DNA from: the human T2T-CHM13v2.0 reference genome, Homo sapiens
DNA length: 64,000 nucleotides
Direction: 5' to 3' (one strand)
NCBI RefSeq assembly: GCF_009914755.1
Contig: NC_060941.1
Position numbers and translations under genes: made by a program. Below are positions 1 to 13,239 of the stretch, one piece after another (the stretch's first letter is position 1; each line of letters opens with the position of its first letter). Under the pieces are notes generated by a model. The model saw only the letters and a list, made by a program, of their open reading frames with translations. It searched no databases and was not told the origin of the DNA.

Positions 1-248
1 CCTGCGGGTTTGGCAAGGTTTCCTGTTGGGTCTGGCAAATCACAGTTTGACTTCTCCCCACTCTGCTTATCCTGTTTCCTTCCCCTCTGGTCCCAAGGGT
101 GCTCCTTCATGAACATCCTGCAGACTGAACTCTACCTCAGGGTCTGCTTCCTGGGAACTAGGGTGACCAGGCATCCCAGTTTGCCTGAGATGTAGGACCA
201 AGACAGTCCTGGGCAACTAGGATCCTACAGCAAACCCAACCTCAGACA
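1..248 (+). mobile_element. LTR16-family (ERVL) LTR, 3' part, interrupted by a MER96-like MITE
   Basis: 3' motif ctcagggtctgcttcctgggaac...aacccaacctcagaca resembles the LTR16 U5 end; runs off the window start. Confidence 0.65.
159..227. mobile_element. MER96-like hAT MITE remnant
   Basis: Begins tagggtgaccaggcatcccagtttgcctgaga, resembling the MER96 terminus; splits the LTR16 end. Confidence 0.55.
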
Positions 249-274
249 ATGTACTTCTGTTTATTATTGTTATC

Positions 275-431
275 TTTTTGAGAGGCAGGGTCTCACTATG
301 TTGCCCAGGCTTGGGTGCAGTGGCTATTCACAGGTGTGATCATAGCTTACTGCAACCTCAAACTCCTGTACTCAAGAATCCTCCTGCCTCAGCTTCTTGA
401 GTAGCTGGAACTATAGACATGTGCCACCATG
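275..431 (-). mobile_element. FAM (fossil Alu monomer)
   Basis: Single Alu-like monomer retaining the 7SL-derived segment tgcagtggctattcacaggtgtgatc, which dimeric Alus lack. Confidence 0.85.
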
Positions 432-619
432 TTATGCTGTGTCTATATATTCTAATACTTTCATGGCAACAAATTATTTCATTCTTTAAAAAGTTGGTAG
501 CAGGGCATTTGCCATATCCCCCTTAATGCTTCCCCAACAATATCATGGGAATCTTGGGGAGATGGGTATTATGGTTATTATCTCCCCAATCTTGGTGAAG
601 CAGGTATTAGCCCTAGGAA

Positions 620-735
620 ATTAGGACTCAGAGAAGTTAAGAAACTTTTCCCAGGCCACACAGCACAGTAGCCATGCCGGAATGAAACCTAGGCCTACTG
701 AGTCCAATGCCTGCCCTCTATCCACCAGGCCTCTT
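620..735 (-). mobile_element. MIR fragment
   Basis: ctcagagaagttaag...cccaggccacacagc core. Confidence 0.6.
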
Positions 736-1579
736 TGGTTTTAAGACACGCACCTTGGCCGTGTGTTCCAAACACAGCTGTAGGTAACTAAGGAGGCAGA
801 GAAGAGCAGTTGCTGAATCCCAAACATGCTTGGAGCTTTTTGCAAAATAAAATCGCACTTTTTATTCAATGCCTACCTTCCCATGCAGGCCTAGTTTTAA
901 GCTTCTGAACTTTCTGCTAATTACTGTCACATTAATTAAAAAATAAATCCTTTTTAATTTCCTAACAGGTGGTTTGTGAGGCTGGAAGAGGAGTTGAAAC
1001 TTGTTTGTAATTATTGTGTGGTGTATTTGCATTTCTAATTGCGCTGAGGGACACTGAAGGCCAAGCTTCCAGTCTCTGGGCTGTCTTTCACCTGCGCCGC
1101 GGTGCTGAGTTGTTGGCGGCGGCGGCAGCGTCTTTTCTCCAAGCAGCACCTGTGAGAGCAGCAGCTCCAGCTGGAGTCCCAAGACTTCCAATCAACATAG
1201 AGAGCCACAGGGCCTGTGCCTGCGTGGGTTTGCTGTAAGGAGCCTGTAACGCATCGAGGAGCCCAGCGCCCAACCCCACACCTGGCATTGGCTGGGTGCT
1301 CAATAAATGCTGGCTGACCACGGCTGTTCCTGAACGAATCCTTATCTCGCTTATCTGATTCAAGCGCCGGGTGGGCGCACTGTGGGCTGGCAGCAAGGGT
1401 TCCTGATGCCAGGACTCTTGGATTTGCTCCACAGGTGTCTGCGCATCCATCTGGAAACTGAGCATCTGTGCAGGGAATCCATTTCCTCTTCTAACTTCTG
1501 AATAGCTTTAGATACTTCTGACTTCTGAACCCCTTTAGATGTATGCTGTCATTTACCAGGAACATCCTAACATTGATGA

Positions 1580-1948
<369 letters not shown>

Positions 1949-2017
1949 TAAAGGAGTTAATGAGCCGCAGAGTACTACTTGAGTGCATTGTAAGCACTTT
2001 TTACTTAAGGCCCCAAT

Positions 2018-2170
2018 TTAATGTGGTGGAAGGATTACAGGCTTTGAGGTCAGACCTACCATGGTTTGAATTCTGGCTCTACCACTTAGCAGCTGAGAGA
2101 CTGGAGAAATCATTTAACCTCTCTGGGCCTCACACAGCTTTTAAAATCTGTCAGATGGACAAAATCATAA
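2018..2170 (+). mobile_element. MIR
   Basis: ctctaccacttagcagctg...catttaacctctctgggcctca. Confidence 0.7.
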
Positions 2171-2225
2171 CTTGGTTCTGAATTTCTCAAACTTAGATAC
2201 ACATCAAAATCACCTAGGGAGCTTG

Positions 2226-2514
2226 TTTTTTTTTTTTTAACCGAGTCTCACTCCGTTGCCCAGGCTGGAGTGCAGTGGCATGATCTTGGCTCACTGCAAC
2301 CTCCGCCCTGCCAGTTAAAGTGATTCTCCTGCCTCAGCCTCCCTAGTAGCTGGGATTACAGGCACCTGCCACTGCACCTGGCTAATTTTTGTATTTTTAG
2401 TAGAGACAGGGTTTCTCCATTTTGGCCAGGCTGGTCTTGAACTCCTGACCCTGTAATCCACCCACCTTGGCCTCCCAAAGTGCTAGGATTAGGCATGAGT
2501 CACCATGCCTGGCT
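2226..2514 (-). mobile_element. AluS
   Basis: Full dimer; TSD tagggagctt at 2215-2224 and 2515-2524. Confidence 0.95.
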
Positions 2515-2566
2515 TAGGGAGCTTTTAAAAATGATCAGCTTTTAAAAATAATCATCAGTAAATGCT

Positions 2567-2918
<352 letters not shown>

Positions 2919-3404
2919 TCAGACTGGGGAGACGGGAGGAAGGGAATATTGGATATCATGATTTTAAAAAGCTGTCTGGGTGATTCTGTTAGGTAGTCAG
3001 GGCTGGGAACCACTGCCTGAGCCTCTTGACATGCTCAGACAATGCTGGTTCAACCCTTTCCTTCCCTTGCCTTGGGAAATATAGCCTGGCTATAGTGGTT
3101 CTGGGAGCAGCGGGGGTCCCAGGCAGGTTACTGAGGCTGAGATCCAAGAGGTCAGGATGGGGACTCAGGGACTGCAACTAACTCATGAGATGGCACGTGG
3201 TCAAGGCAAAAAAACCCCCAGCACTCCCCTCCTCAGTGTCCCTCTCCCTGGTCAGTGAAATGAGAGTTCATTACCTTGCTTGTCCAACTCTAGACACCCC
3301 CAGGGAAACCAACCAATCAGGGCTTCTGACAAAATGAAGGCCAAGAATGATGTCATAAAGGAAATGATGCTAAGTTTTATTTCAGGCCAGCCTTACATCT
3401 CTTA

Positions 3405-3560
3405 TCTCTTTGATCTCATCACAACCCTGTAGGATAGGCACCGTGATGCCCATTTTACAGATGAATAAACCGAGGCTCTTTGAGGTTAAGTAACTATGTA
3501 TCCTTTAAGTACTAGAGCCACAAGCCAAGCCCAGTCTGTCCAATTCCAAAACTCTTCATC
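3405..3560 (-). mobile_element. MIR
   Basis: cccattttacagatgaataaaccgaggct core. Confidence 0.75.
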
Positions 3561-3577
3561 TGCCTCCTGTACATGTG

Positions 3578-4399
3578 GCCTTCCTTACATCAGTAAATAG
3601 CTTATTATAAGTAAACTACATCCTTATAGTTTCTTGGGTCAGACATCCTGGAGTCACCTTTGACTCCTCTCTTTCCCTCACACCCCACATCTAACCCATT
3701 GGGAAATCCCACTGAATCTGTCTTTATGACATATCAAGAATGCAAGCAGGTTGCCACCTCCCTGCTCCCACCTTGGTCTGAGCACCTCCATATCTCACCT
3801 GAAATAATGGTGGGTCTCACCACCTCTGCACTTACCCATGTTGTGTACTTGCAGCACAGCAGCTGGAGTGCTAATAACGTTTCCCCGACACTGCCCTCCC
3901 ATGGCTTCCATCCCACTCTAAGTCAAAGCCACATCCTCACCATGGCCTGTACTGCCCTGCAAAAGGTAGACTCTCTGAGCTCATCACCTACCACTTCTCC
4001 CCAGGGGCTCACACTGCTTTCCTGAAAGCTCTCCAAGTACAGGCTTCTGCCCTTGCTGTTCCCTCCTCCTGGAATGTTCCTCCCCCAGCATTGACATGGC
4101 TTTCTGCTCTCCCATCCTCGTGGTTTTCAGGGTGACTCTAATGTCACCTGTTTAAAATGGAAATGAACCCACCAGCACACCCTGTCCTCCTCTCCTGTTT
4201 TATTTTTTCTCCGTAGTGCTCATCACCATCTGGTATCCTACCAGTATAACCCTACTGATTTGTTTATTGTCTGTCTTCTGTGATTAGATCTTCATCTCTT
4301 TGGCTCACTGCTCCATCCCAGGTGCCTTGTACAATGCCTAGCGCATAGGAGGTGCTCAGCAATACTTGAATGAATGAATGAATGAATGAATGAGTGAAT
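3578..4399 (+). mobile_element. L2 3' end
   Basis: cctggagtcacctttgactcctctctttccctcac... ending in a (tgaa)n tail. Confidence 0.85.
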
Positions 4400-4717
4400 C
4401 CTGCCACCCCCTCAAGGGAAAGGTGAGATGACTTCTGAGCAGCGGCTAGTGAAAAAACTTGGGAGACAAGGTTGGGGAGAGGTGTTCCCAGTGGGCTGCT
4501 GGATTTCCCCTACTGGTCTAGGGGGTGAATGAAGGGATGGCTCAGGAGGTCCCTGGAGTATTAACTGCTGGGCCCTGGTCTGTGGATCGCTGTGAATGCC
4601 AAAGATCTCCAGGTGGGCTCTGAACTAATCCAATAATGCAAATCCTCTGTCCTTTTAGGAGAGTGATTGGCATGGCCAAATAATTTTTACCTGTTACCAA
4701 GCCTACTTCTCAGCAAC

Positions 4718-4940
4718 CTATAAAACGCAGGCTGTGGAGCCAAACTGTCTGAGTTCAAAACCCGATATTACTACTTGTCACCCATGAGTGACTTCGGGCA
4801 AGCCGTTCAGTCTCTCTGTTCCACCTTTGTAAAATGAAGACAATCCTTATACCTATTTATGGCATCATGAAGATTCCAGATGCCTGCAGAGAGCTTAATA
4901 TAGGGACAGGCATGCGTTAGCATTCAATAAAGGTCAACTC
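4718..4940 (+). mobile_element. MIR
   Basis: ggagccaaactgtctgagttcaaa...tgtaaaatg...cattcaataaa. Confidence 0.7.
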
Positions 4941-5809
4941 TTGTAATTAAGTGAGGTGTAGAAATTTACTAAACATCGATACTCACAAATGGAATTCATG
5001 TGTTGCTGGAGTTTACTGAAGACTTTAATTTGGCATTCTAGCACAAAAGTCTGCATGCCAAGCAATTGGGCGGTACTGCCACACCCCCACCACACCTGAG
5101 CCCAGCTGAGAGTTTGAGTTAGTGACTGGGGATGTGCGTGGTTACCAGCGAGAGCATTGGCAGTGTTGTCTTGAGTTGCTGCTGCTTTCCAGCTGCCACC
5201 TTTCTTGCTTTGTAATGATAAATTACCATTAGTTTAGTTTCATCATTACCCATTTAGTTTGTTGTGGGTTGTTTGCTTAACAACAGTAATTTGGGCTTAT
5301 GATTTTTCAATGGCTGGGTTTTAAGGCATGTATGCATTGCACTTCAACGATGCATCATCTATCTCCCTTCCTAAGGCAAATCTTTCTCTAGTCTTTCCCC
5401 AAAATCGTCTGCCTGTAACACTTTCATGTTATCTCTGAGTTCTTTTTTTTGCTAAAATACTGGGACAGATGAGCAGGAGGCTGTGAGTGATTTTACTCTG
5501 GTGAAGCGGGCTGTGGTCAAAGAGGATGGGAGACACTGTTCTAGATCAGTCTCCCCTCTCCCTCCCGTTTTATTGATGGGAAAACTGAGGCTCCGAGAAG
5601 TAAAGGATCAGAGTTCATACACGGTCGCTAAAATCTAGTCCTCCTAGTTACCTGGCCTGGGCTTCTTCCACGCCACATGACCTGCCTAGGCCAGTTCCCT
5701 TTCTCAATGGAGGACTTTGGGTCCTAACGAAAGTGCCTTGAAATTGCCCACTCTTGGGTTAGAGTTTCCTCCTGGATCTTCCAATATGGGGCTGGTTTGA
5801 AGTAGATTT

Positions 5810-6370
<561 letters not shown>

Positions 6371-7389
6371 ATATTTTTAGGTTCCAGAGCTGATGTCCCA
6401 CTCCCACCTGGAACCTCTCAGGGCATTATTATGCCCATTTAATAGATAAGAAAATGGAGTCTCAGAGTTGTAGAAACTCTGAACTCAAGACTTGTGGGCA
6501 TACAGGCAGAGTCCTTCTATTCCCAACACCACCTTCAGGGCTAACCTCAGTGTCTCTGTGCTTACGTTCTGCCTTGACAGTCTCTTCCTCTTCATTGGTG
6601 CTCCACTGTGTAGTGGGGCAGTCCAAAGCAGCTTTTTACACATTTCTAGGCTACTTGGAGATCATTCTGTCTTTGTTCTGCATGGGCAGAGCCTCTCTCC
6701 CATTCCATTGCAAGTGGCTTGGCAGCAGAGACTGCTATTTCTTTAAAACACATCTGAGAGAGGTGGGACAGAGCAGGAATGCCCCTCTGATAGGTTCCAC
6801 CTGCCTGGTTGATGGGAAGATGGCTGGGATGGGGTTTGGATGGGGAGGCACTGACAGGTTCCAAACAGACTGCAAGCTTCTCTGTGGCCTGTGGAGTGCT
6901 GTTCATGGCGGGGGGAGAGGCCCTGGGACAATTCATGCCCTGGTCCTCCACCTCAGCTCTTGCACCTCTGAGTTGTTCAGCAAGTGTGCTTAGGGTGGAC
7001 AACTGGGGCAAAGACAGAAAACACCTTCCTTTGAAACTGAAGCTAGTAAATTCAACATAAAGGAGGTGAGATTAAGCCATCAGCAGCAGAGACCTGAAAC
7101 AGCTTGGAGCTGGGCTGTTGCAGCATTGAAGGGGTTTCCTAAATCTCAACACAAGCTTAGAATACAATCACCATTAGAGAAGTAGCAGCATCTATTGTTA
7201 TAATAGAAGATAAAGGCCTGCTCCAGGGTGAAAGAATCAGGAATTGGCTGTCTCCTGTGCTGAGAAAGGGTGGGGGAGATGGCTAACATGCATACCTTAG
7301 TCTTTCCTGCTGGAGTGAGTAAGAGGACTAAGGTTTATAGAGCACCTACTGTATGCCAGGCAGTGTGCTAAGGATCTTGTCTTCCTTTA

Positions 7390-7810
7390 TATGCTCCAGC
7401 CACACTAACCTTCTTTTCCTCTCAAACCTAATTTGTTCCCACTACAGAGCCTTTGCACGTGCTGCTCTTCCTGCTTCTTCTCCCTGCCCTTTGCATGCAT
7501 GTCTGCTTAATACTATTCAAGCTTTAGCTCAAAGTTTGTCTTCTCTGAAAGGCCTTCTCCAACCCTAGTTAAAGCCATATCTCCACCTTGTCCCACCATC
7601 ACACTCTTCCACATCACTGTATTTTATCTTCTTTAATGCACTTATCCATTCTCAAATATTTTATTTATTTCCTTGCTTATTTTCTGCTTCCCACCAATAT
7701 AATGTAAGCTCTTTGAGGGCTGGGATTCTTTCAGCTTTGTTCACAAAAATATACTTGAAGTCTAGAACAGTGCCTGGCACATAGTATGTGTTCAACAAAT
7801 ATCTTTTACC
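7390..7810 (+). mobile_element. L2 3' end
   Basis: gcctttgcacgtgctg...tagaacagtgcctggcacatag. Confidence 0.75.
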
Positions 7811-7955
7811 ATCTGATGGCTGGGGTCTTTCCCCACGGCATTTTATGCAAACCTCACTAGGATCCCAGGAGGTGGTATAATGGTTTCATTCTGCACACAG
7901 GATCAGGGAGCATGAGGGACTTTCTCAGTGAATAAGTAATAAAGCCAGAATTCCT

Positions 7956-7958
<3 letters not shown>

Positions 7959-7988
<30 letters not shown>
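7959..7988. repeat. poly(T)30
   Basis: Uninterrupted run of 30 T. Confidence 0.95.
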
Positions 7989-7991
<3 letters not shown>

Positions 7992-8689
7992 TCAAAACTG
8001 TGCTTTTAAGTACACCACACTGCTTCACCAGGGGAGAGACAGGGACCTGAGATCAGCATAAGGTAAAGACACTAGCCGTTCTCATAACCAAGATCCCTTC
8101 AGCTTCCATCAAGCAACCATCTGGTCTTAGGCTGGCTTTCTAAGGACATCTTGCTGAAAGAAGAAGGTGCTGACCACCTGACGTGACTCTTTCATGTTGC
8201 CTAGCAGTCATCTCTTCCAAGGAAAGCTAATCACTGGGCATTCTATTTATCCTCCAGTCTTTTGTGAGAGCTTGGTTAATATGAGCCTCCACCCCATGCC
8301 TGCCCCTTGGAGGCTGTAACTCCTGGGGATACAGATACAATGAGCTCCTGATTAGGCACAACTGAGAAGCAAATCCTGCGGCCACCCTGTGAAGGTGAAT
8401 AAGGGATGCTCAGATGACACTTGTTTCAGCGTTTTGGGCCAAAAAGCATCGCCACATAAATCTCCTCGCACGGAACATCTGCCCCACCCCAGAAAGGTGG
8501 CCCATTTCTTTCAAGTGATATCAGACAGGGCAAAATTCCTAAACAAGCAACAAATATGGATGTTGTCTGGAAGTCAGCTGTTGAAATGGCTTGCCTGGGT
8601 TCATGCTCCTCACAGCCCCCTCCTGTCTACAACTGAATCCCTGGCTTCACCCCACTCCCAGCTGTAGGCTGAGCCCTGATCCCCACTCT

Positions 8690-9101
8690 GGAATGTGTCT
8701 GCCCTCCTCCAGCCACTTCTCCTCAGGGCCAGCTCAGACCTGATGCTCCAGCTCTAGTTATTGGGTAAACTGTCTCACACTCGGACTTGGCTCACTATTG
8801 AATGTCAATTCCAGTGACTGGGAATGCATTTCACAAATTAATTGCTATTTTTGTGGGTGTCTAAAGGTGAGTGGAGTAGGTAGGGGGCCGTGGCTCCTGT
8901 TTCTCTTCCTTCCTGGTAGCAGCTCCCCTGGAGGGCAGCTTCTGTAGGTCACTCTGTGGTTCATCTGAAGACACAACCTGAAGCACACTCCTTCGTCTTT
9001 TCTGGCAATTTTGTAAGCATTCAATTTCCTTTTATGAATCCCTTTTATACCTAAAGTGATCATGGCTGTTTCTCTTTCCTGCACTGAACTCTGACTGAGA
9101 G
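8690..9101 (+). mobile_element. LTR33-like ERVL LTR (5' boundary uncertain)
   Basis: 3' end ttgtaagcattcaatttcc...tttcctgcactgaactctgactga. Confidence 0.55.
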
Positions 9102-9684
9102 TCTACTGGCCTGTTCTTGGGCTAAGCTTTTGGGACAAAGAAGCAAGTCAGACACAGTCCTGTCCCCAGGGTGCTCATTCTGGTGGGGTGGGAGTAGGGG
9201 GTGGTCTGAGAACTTGAAGGGGACCACTGGATAGACTTGGTGGGGGAAAGCCCCAACTCTGCAGATCATGGAGAGGGAATCTGAGTGTTAGAAAGGGCTC
9301 TCCTAGGCCGTCTCCAAGACAAGGAGCAGTTTTCAAGGCAAAGAAACAGCAGCATGACCTTCTAGGTGGAGAGGAATCATATAAGTTCTCCTGTTAGCTT
9401 CTGTCCTAGAGGTGGCCTCACTTCCTGCAGAGCGACTCTCTGACCTGCCTCTCTGTGGGCCTGGAGTGCCCCGCACTGACATCTCAGCATCTGCACCAGC
9501 CCCTGCCTGCACTCTGAGACCCTTCTATGCTACCTCTGCTTGCCTCTCATGAGGCTGACCCCTTACCCAATGTCATCTACCCACCTCCTGCCACTGCTGA
9601 TGGGGGAGGGGAAGGGACCTGACCTTCATTAGGCACTCGTGTGTGCCAGGCATACGATGCCAAGTGATTTCCAGACACGCTGTC

Positions 9685-10030
9685 ACATTCACTCATCCAT
9701 TCAACAAGTGTTCGTTGTACATTTATTAGATCCTGGGTACTATTCTAGCTCTAGGAGATACAGGATTGAATAAAACAGATGTAAGAATGTGGATCTCACA
9801 TCCTAGCGAGGCAGACAACCAACAAGGAAACAAGTCCAATATGACATGTAATATATCCGATGATGTTAAGTGCTGTGGGGAAAAGTACCAAGACAAGGAT
9901 GGGGACCAGGAAATGGCAGGACCTGTTGCAGTGTTCAGTAGGTGGTTGGGGAGGTCTCACTGAGAAGCCGGCATTTGAGTAAAGATCTAAAGGGGGTGAA
10001 GGAGCATCTGTTCAAACATTTTTGAGGAAA
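9685..10030 (-). mobile_element. L2
   Basis: cattcactcatccattcaacaag start; gcatttgagtaaagatctaaagg. Confidence 0.75.
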
Positions 10031-10668
10031 GCCCAGGTAGAGGTGGGAGGATCCTTGAGTCTTCACTGCAGGGACAACTACTGCGGATGACCTCAATTCA
10101 TAGGCGGGAAAATGAGAGCTCTGAGAGGCTGAGCATCTTGCTCAATGTCCCACAATTATGATCCCAAAGCACACATGTCCTGCCATAAAGCCCATGCTGA
10201 CACACTTTGCTGCTTCGCCTGGTCCTGGGTTCCAAATTCCTGGCAAGTCTTCTTGCCCTACCTGGGGCTGGCCCAGGCCTGTCCAAGCCCCAAGGGTGCG
10301 TCTGGTCAATGGATCCCCTCCCTTCTCTTCCTGGCCTGCCCCATGCTCTGTGCTGACAGCTGATACAGAGCTCACCTCACCTTTGGCAGAATGACAGTTT
10401 CTATATTTAGGCGACTCATGAATCTTTCTGGGATTCTGATGAATTGCTGTTTTCCTGAGCTCTGGCTGGAGTTGCTCTTCCCTGTGATTCAAACATTAAT
10501 GCTCCCCAAGGTCTTTCCTGCAGGAGTTATTGCTGGCGGGTAATTGGATGCAGAGTTTCCTCCAGCCACTGACCCAATTCCTCTTGGCTCAAACCTCAGG
10601 CAGGAATGGAGGCGGCATTGGAGGGGTAGAGAGCTCACCAGGCTCTCTGGAAACAGCTGTCCCAAAAG

Positions 10669-10674
10669 CACATG

Positions 10675-10709
<35 letters not shown>

Positions 10710-10742
10710 ATACACACATGGTTATGCACGCATGCAAACACG
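10669..10742. repeat. (CA)n microsatellite with imperfect flanks
   Basis: Pure CA 10679-10707. Confidence 0.95.
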
Positions 10743-11558
10743 ACTGTTGCAGGGGCTTGCTCAAGGCTTGCTTGCCAGCAGCTATGTCCTGTAATTGAGC
10801 CCTTTGGAATCATAACCCACTTGTCAAGAATTCCTTGGAGTCAGGCCCTGTCCTGGAACTGCCCGTGGGTGATCTTCCAAGGCAAAGGACTTCAGAATGC
10901 CCCTTGCCTTGCCCATGTCTAAATTTCCCTAGTATCCCATTATCATTAGGAGCTGGTCACTTGGCCATACCTTCTCTCTGACACACTCCTAACCTCCAAC
11001 ATGACAATCTGGGCCCCACTCTCTCTCTTTGGCCAGCTCTCTCCACCCTTCCTTTTGATTCACGTGCCTCCCTTCCTCTCTGCTTAGCGTGTACATCTTG
11101 GTTCTTCTTGCTATTTCTATCATCTTCAATGTATTAAAAGCTGTTTGAGGTGTAAGGACAACAGAGACTAAGTAAATCCCTATCATAGAACCTGGACACT
11201 GGCTCAGGAGGCCCCACATGGCCCTGGGATCCTATTCTGGACCCCGAGTTTCTGGATGGGCACCCCCTGTGCCAGGAGGTCTGTGCCAGATGTTTGTCTA
11301 CCAATCCTGGTCATGTCTGGCCCAAGAGCTGGGCTTTCCCCTTTGTGGACTCAGGCATCTAGGTAGGAGCAGGGAGGGGCTAATAGTCATGCTGTGCCAT
11401 GCTGAGATTTGCAGAATATTGAACTTTATGGGAGACTCTGACTTGGTATAGTCTAAGTGCCTCAATGCTTATAAGAGAAAACCAAGGCCTGAGCTGGGTA
11501 GTCACAGAATGGCTCAGTCTTGGGTCGGGTTTTCTAAGCACTGGGCTGTCTTCTAAGG

Positions 11559-11600
11559 GTGTGTGTGTGTGTGCGTGCATGCGTGTGTGTGTGTGTATGC
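11559..11600. repeat. (GT)n imperfect microsatellite
   Basis: gtgtgtgtgtgtgtgcgtgcatgcgtgtgtgtgtgtgt. Confidence 0.9.
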
Positions 11601-12199
11601 ATATATTTGTGAATATACAGGCTGTAGTTGTTTCAAAGATTTGTTGAGAGGGGGTTTGTTAAGGATAGGGGAATCTGATTATTCTCTAAATGGGCTCAGC
11701 CCACAAATAAGCCAAAAAAGCCTTTATTTCTGGGTTCTTGGATTCCTGATGTCACTCTGACCAAGCACTTTCTCACTCATTTAAGAAGCCCAGTTCCAGA
11801 GATAGTAACAAGGACATAGCTAATTTGGTTCCCCTGCTAACATCTTCAGCTACCTTTTGAGGAGAGGAACAAGGAAAAAGGTAAATGGTAATGGAGGATT
11901 TGCCTTTTAATGTAAGGACTTACTGAGGCATTCCCTGTAGACTAATTTTAGACTTCACTTTCACTTATTCATTCATTCAACCAATCATTCACTCAGTAAT
12001 TATTTATTGGAGACCAATTGACATATTCCAAGCAGTGTGTGGAGGCATGGGAGGGTAAAAGATATACATTAAAGAATAAAAGACTTACACCACAATTTGG
12101 TGAGCACCTTCTGTCTCAATGTAGTGGACACTGTAATATCCAGAGACATTACGCATGTATGGACACTGCACTCATTCCAACCTGGACTGAATTCCAGGC

Positions 12200-12420
12200 T
12201 GTGAGACCTTGTGCTATAATTTATAAAGTACTTCTGTCAGGCACTTGTCTAAGTACTTTCCTGAATTTACACAATTGCTCTAATCTTTTATTTCTTCATC
12301 TGGGGAATGGAGATGAGAATTCCTTCCTCACTGGTGGTTGTAAGGATTAAATAGGTAAATTAATGGTTATAAAGTTACCAACATATTGCTTGACCCATAA
12401 TAGGTGCTTATTAAATGTTA
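12200..12420 (+). mobile_element. MIR
   Basis: tttcttcatctggggaatgg...ggttgtaaggattaaa...taggtgcttattaaatgtta. Confidence 0.65.
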
Positions 12421-13239
12421 CTTCCTTTGCTGTCTTCTCTGCTGTCAAAAAGCTCATTGTTGGGGGGAGAAAAAGTCTATGAACAGAGACAATAAGCATA
12501 AAGTTGACAGCCAAGTTCCAAAGGACAGTTGGGACCAAGTACTGGCAGGGAAAGTGTCCAGGGCAGTGAGGAGTTCCCATTATCTGGGAAAATTAAGAAA
12601 TGTTTGGTCCCACCTTGTTTCTGGAGTCCCTGAACTCTGCCCCCTCCCTAACTGCAGGTGTTATTGAGGTCCTAGCATGCCTCATACCACAGGAACCCTG
12701 GGTGAAGGCAAGACTCCCTCCCCTAGGGCCTCAAATAAGGCCCTCCCCTCCTGGCCTCATCCTTGCAGTGACTGGAAGGAGGTGGGTTGCAGGGAAGTAC
12801 AGTGAGAGTCCAGACCACAGGCAGAGCCCAGAACCTGGGCAAACAGAATCCCGCTCCCACTGCACTGCAGGAACCGAACGGTATTGCGTAAAGGCTGGCT
12901 TTGCAGAATGCATCTCGACAACTCATCAGAGAATGTCAAATTCAGCTAAAGCTTTAGCAAGACAATGATTTGTTTGTTTCCACTGAAGAGCTCAAAAAAG
13001 AGGCAGGATTTTAACTTGTTCCAAAGAAAAGAGCATCATTTGGTAACAGACTGGAATCATAGAATCACAGAATCACAATATCTTATGACTGGAAGAGCCA
13101 GCAATGTCTGTCTCATTGACAGATTGTAACAATTATGTGAGTCAGTGTACATAAAGTGCCCCCTACAGAGCTTGGCACACAGTAGGTACACACTGACTGA
13201 TCGTATGTTCCAAACCCCATGTTTTAAAGATGAAGCCCC

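Noticed and set aside
275-431. 7SL RNA gene
   Set aside because: Lacks the 7SL S domain; matches the FAM monomer structure
1088-1465. Poly-Ala-containing ORFs around the GGC run
   Set aside because: Only a few GGC units, no domain similarity and no supported exon structure
6454-6993. 179-aa ORF
   Set aside because: Starts in a MIR relic, has no recognisable domain, and has overlapping ORFs on both strands; chance ORF
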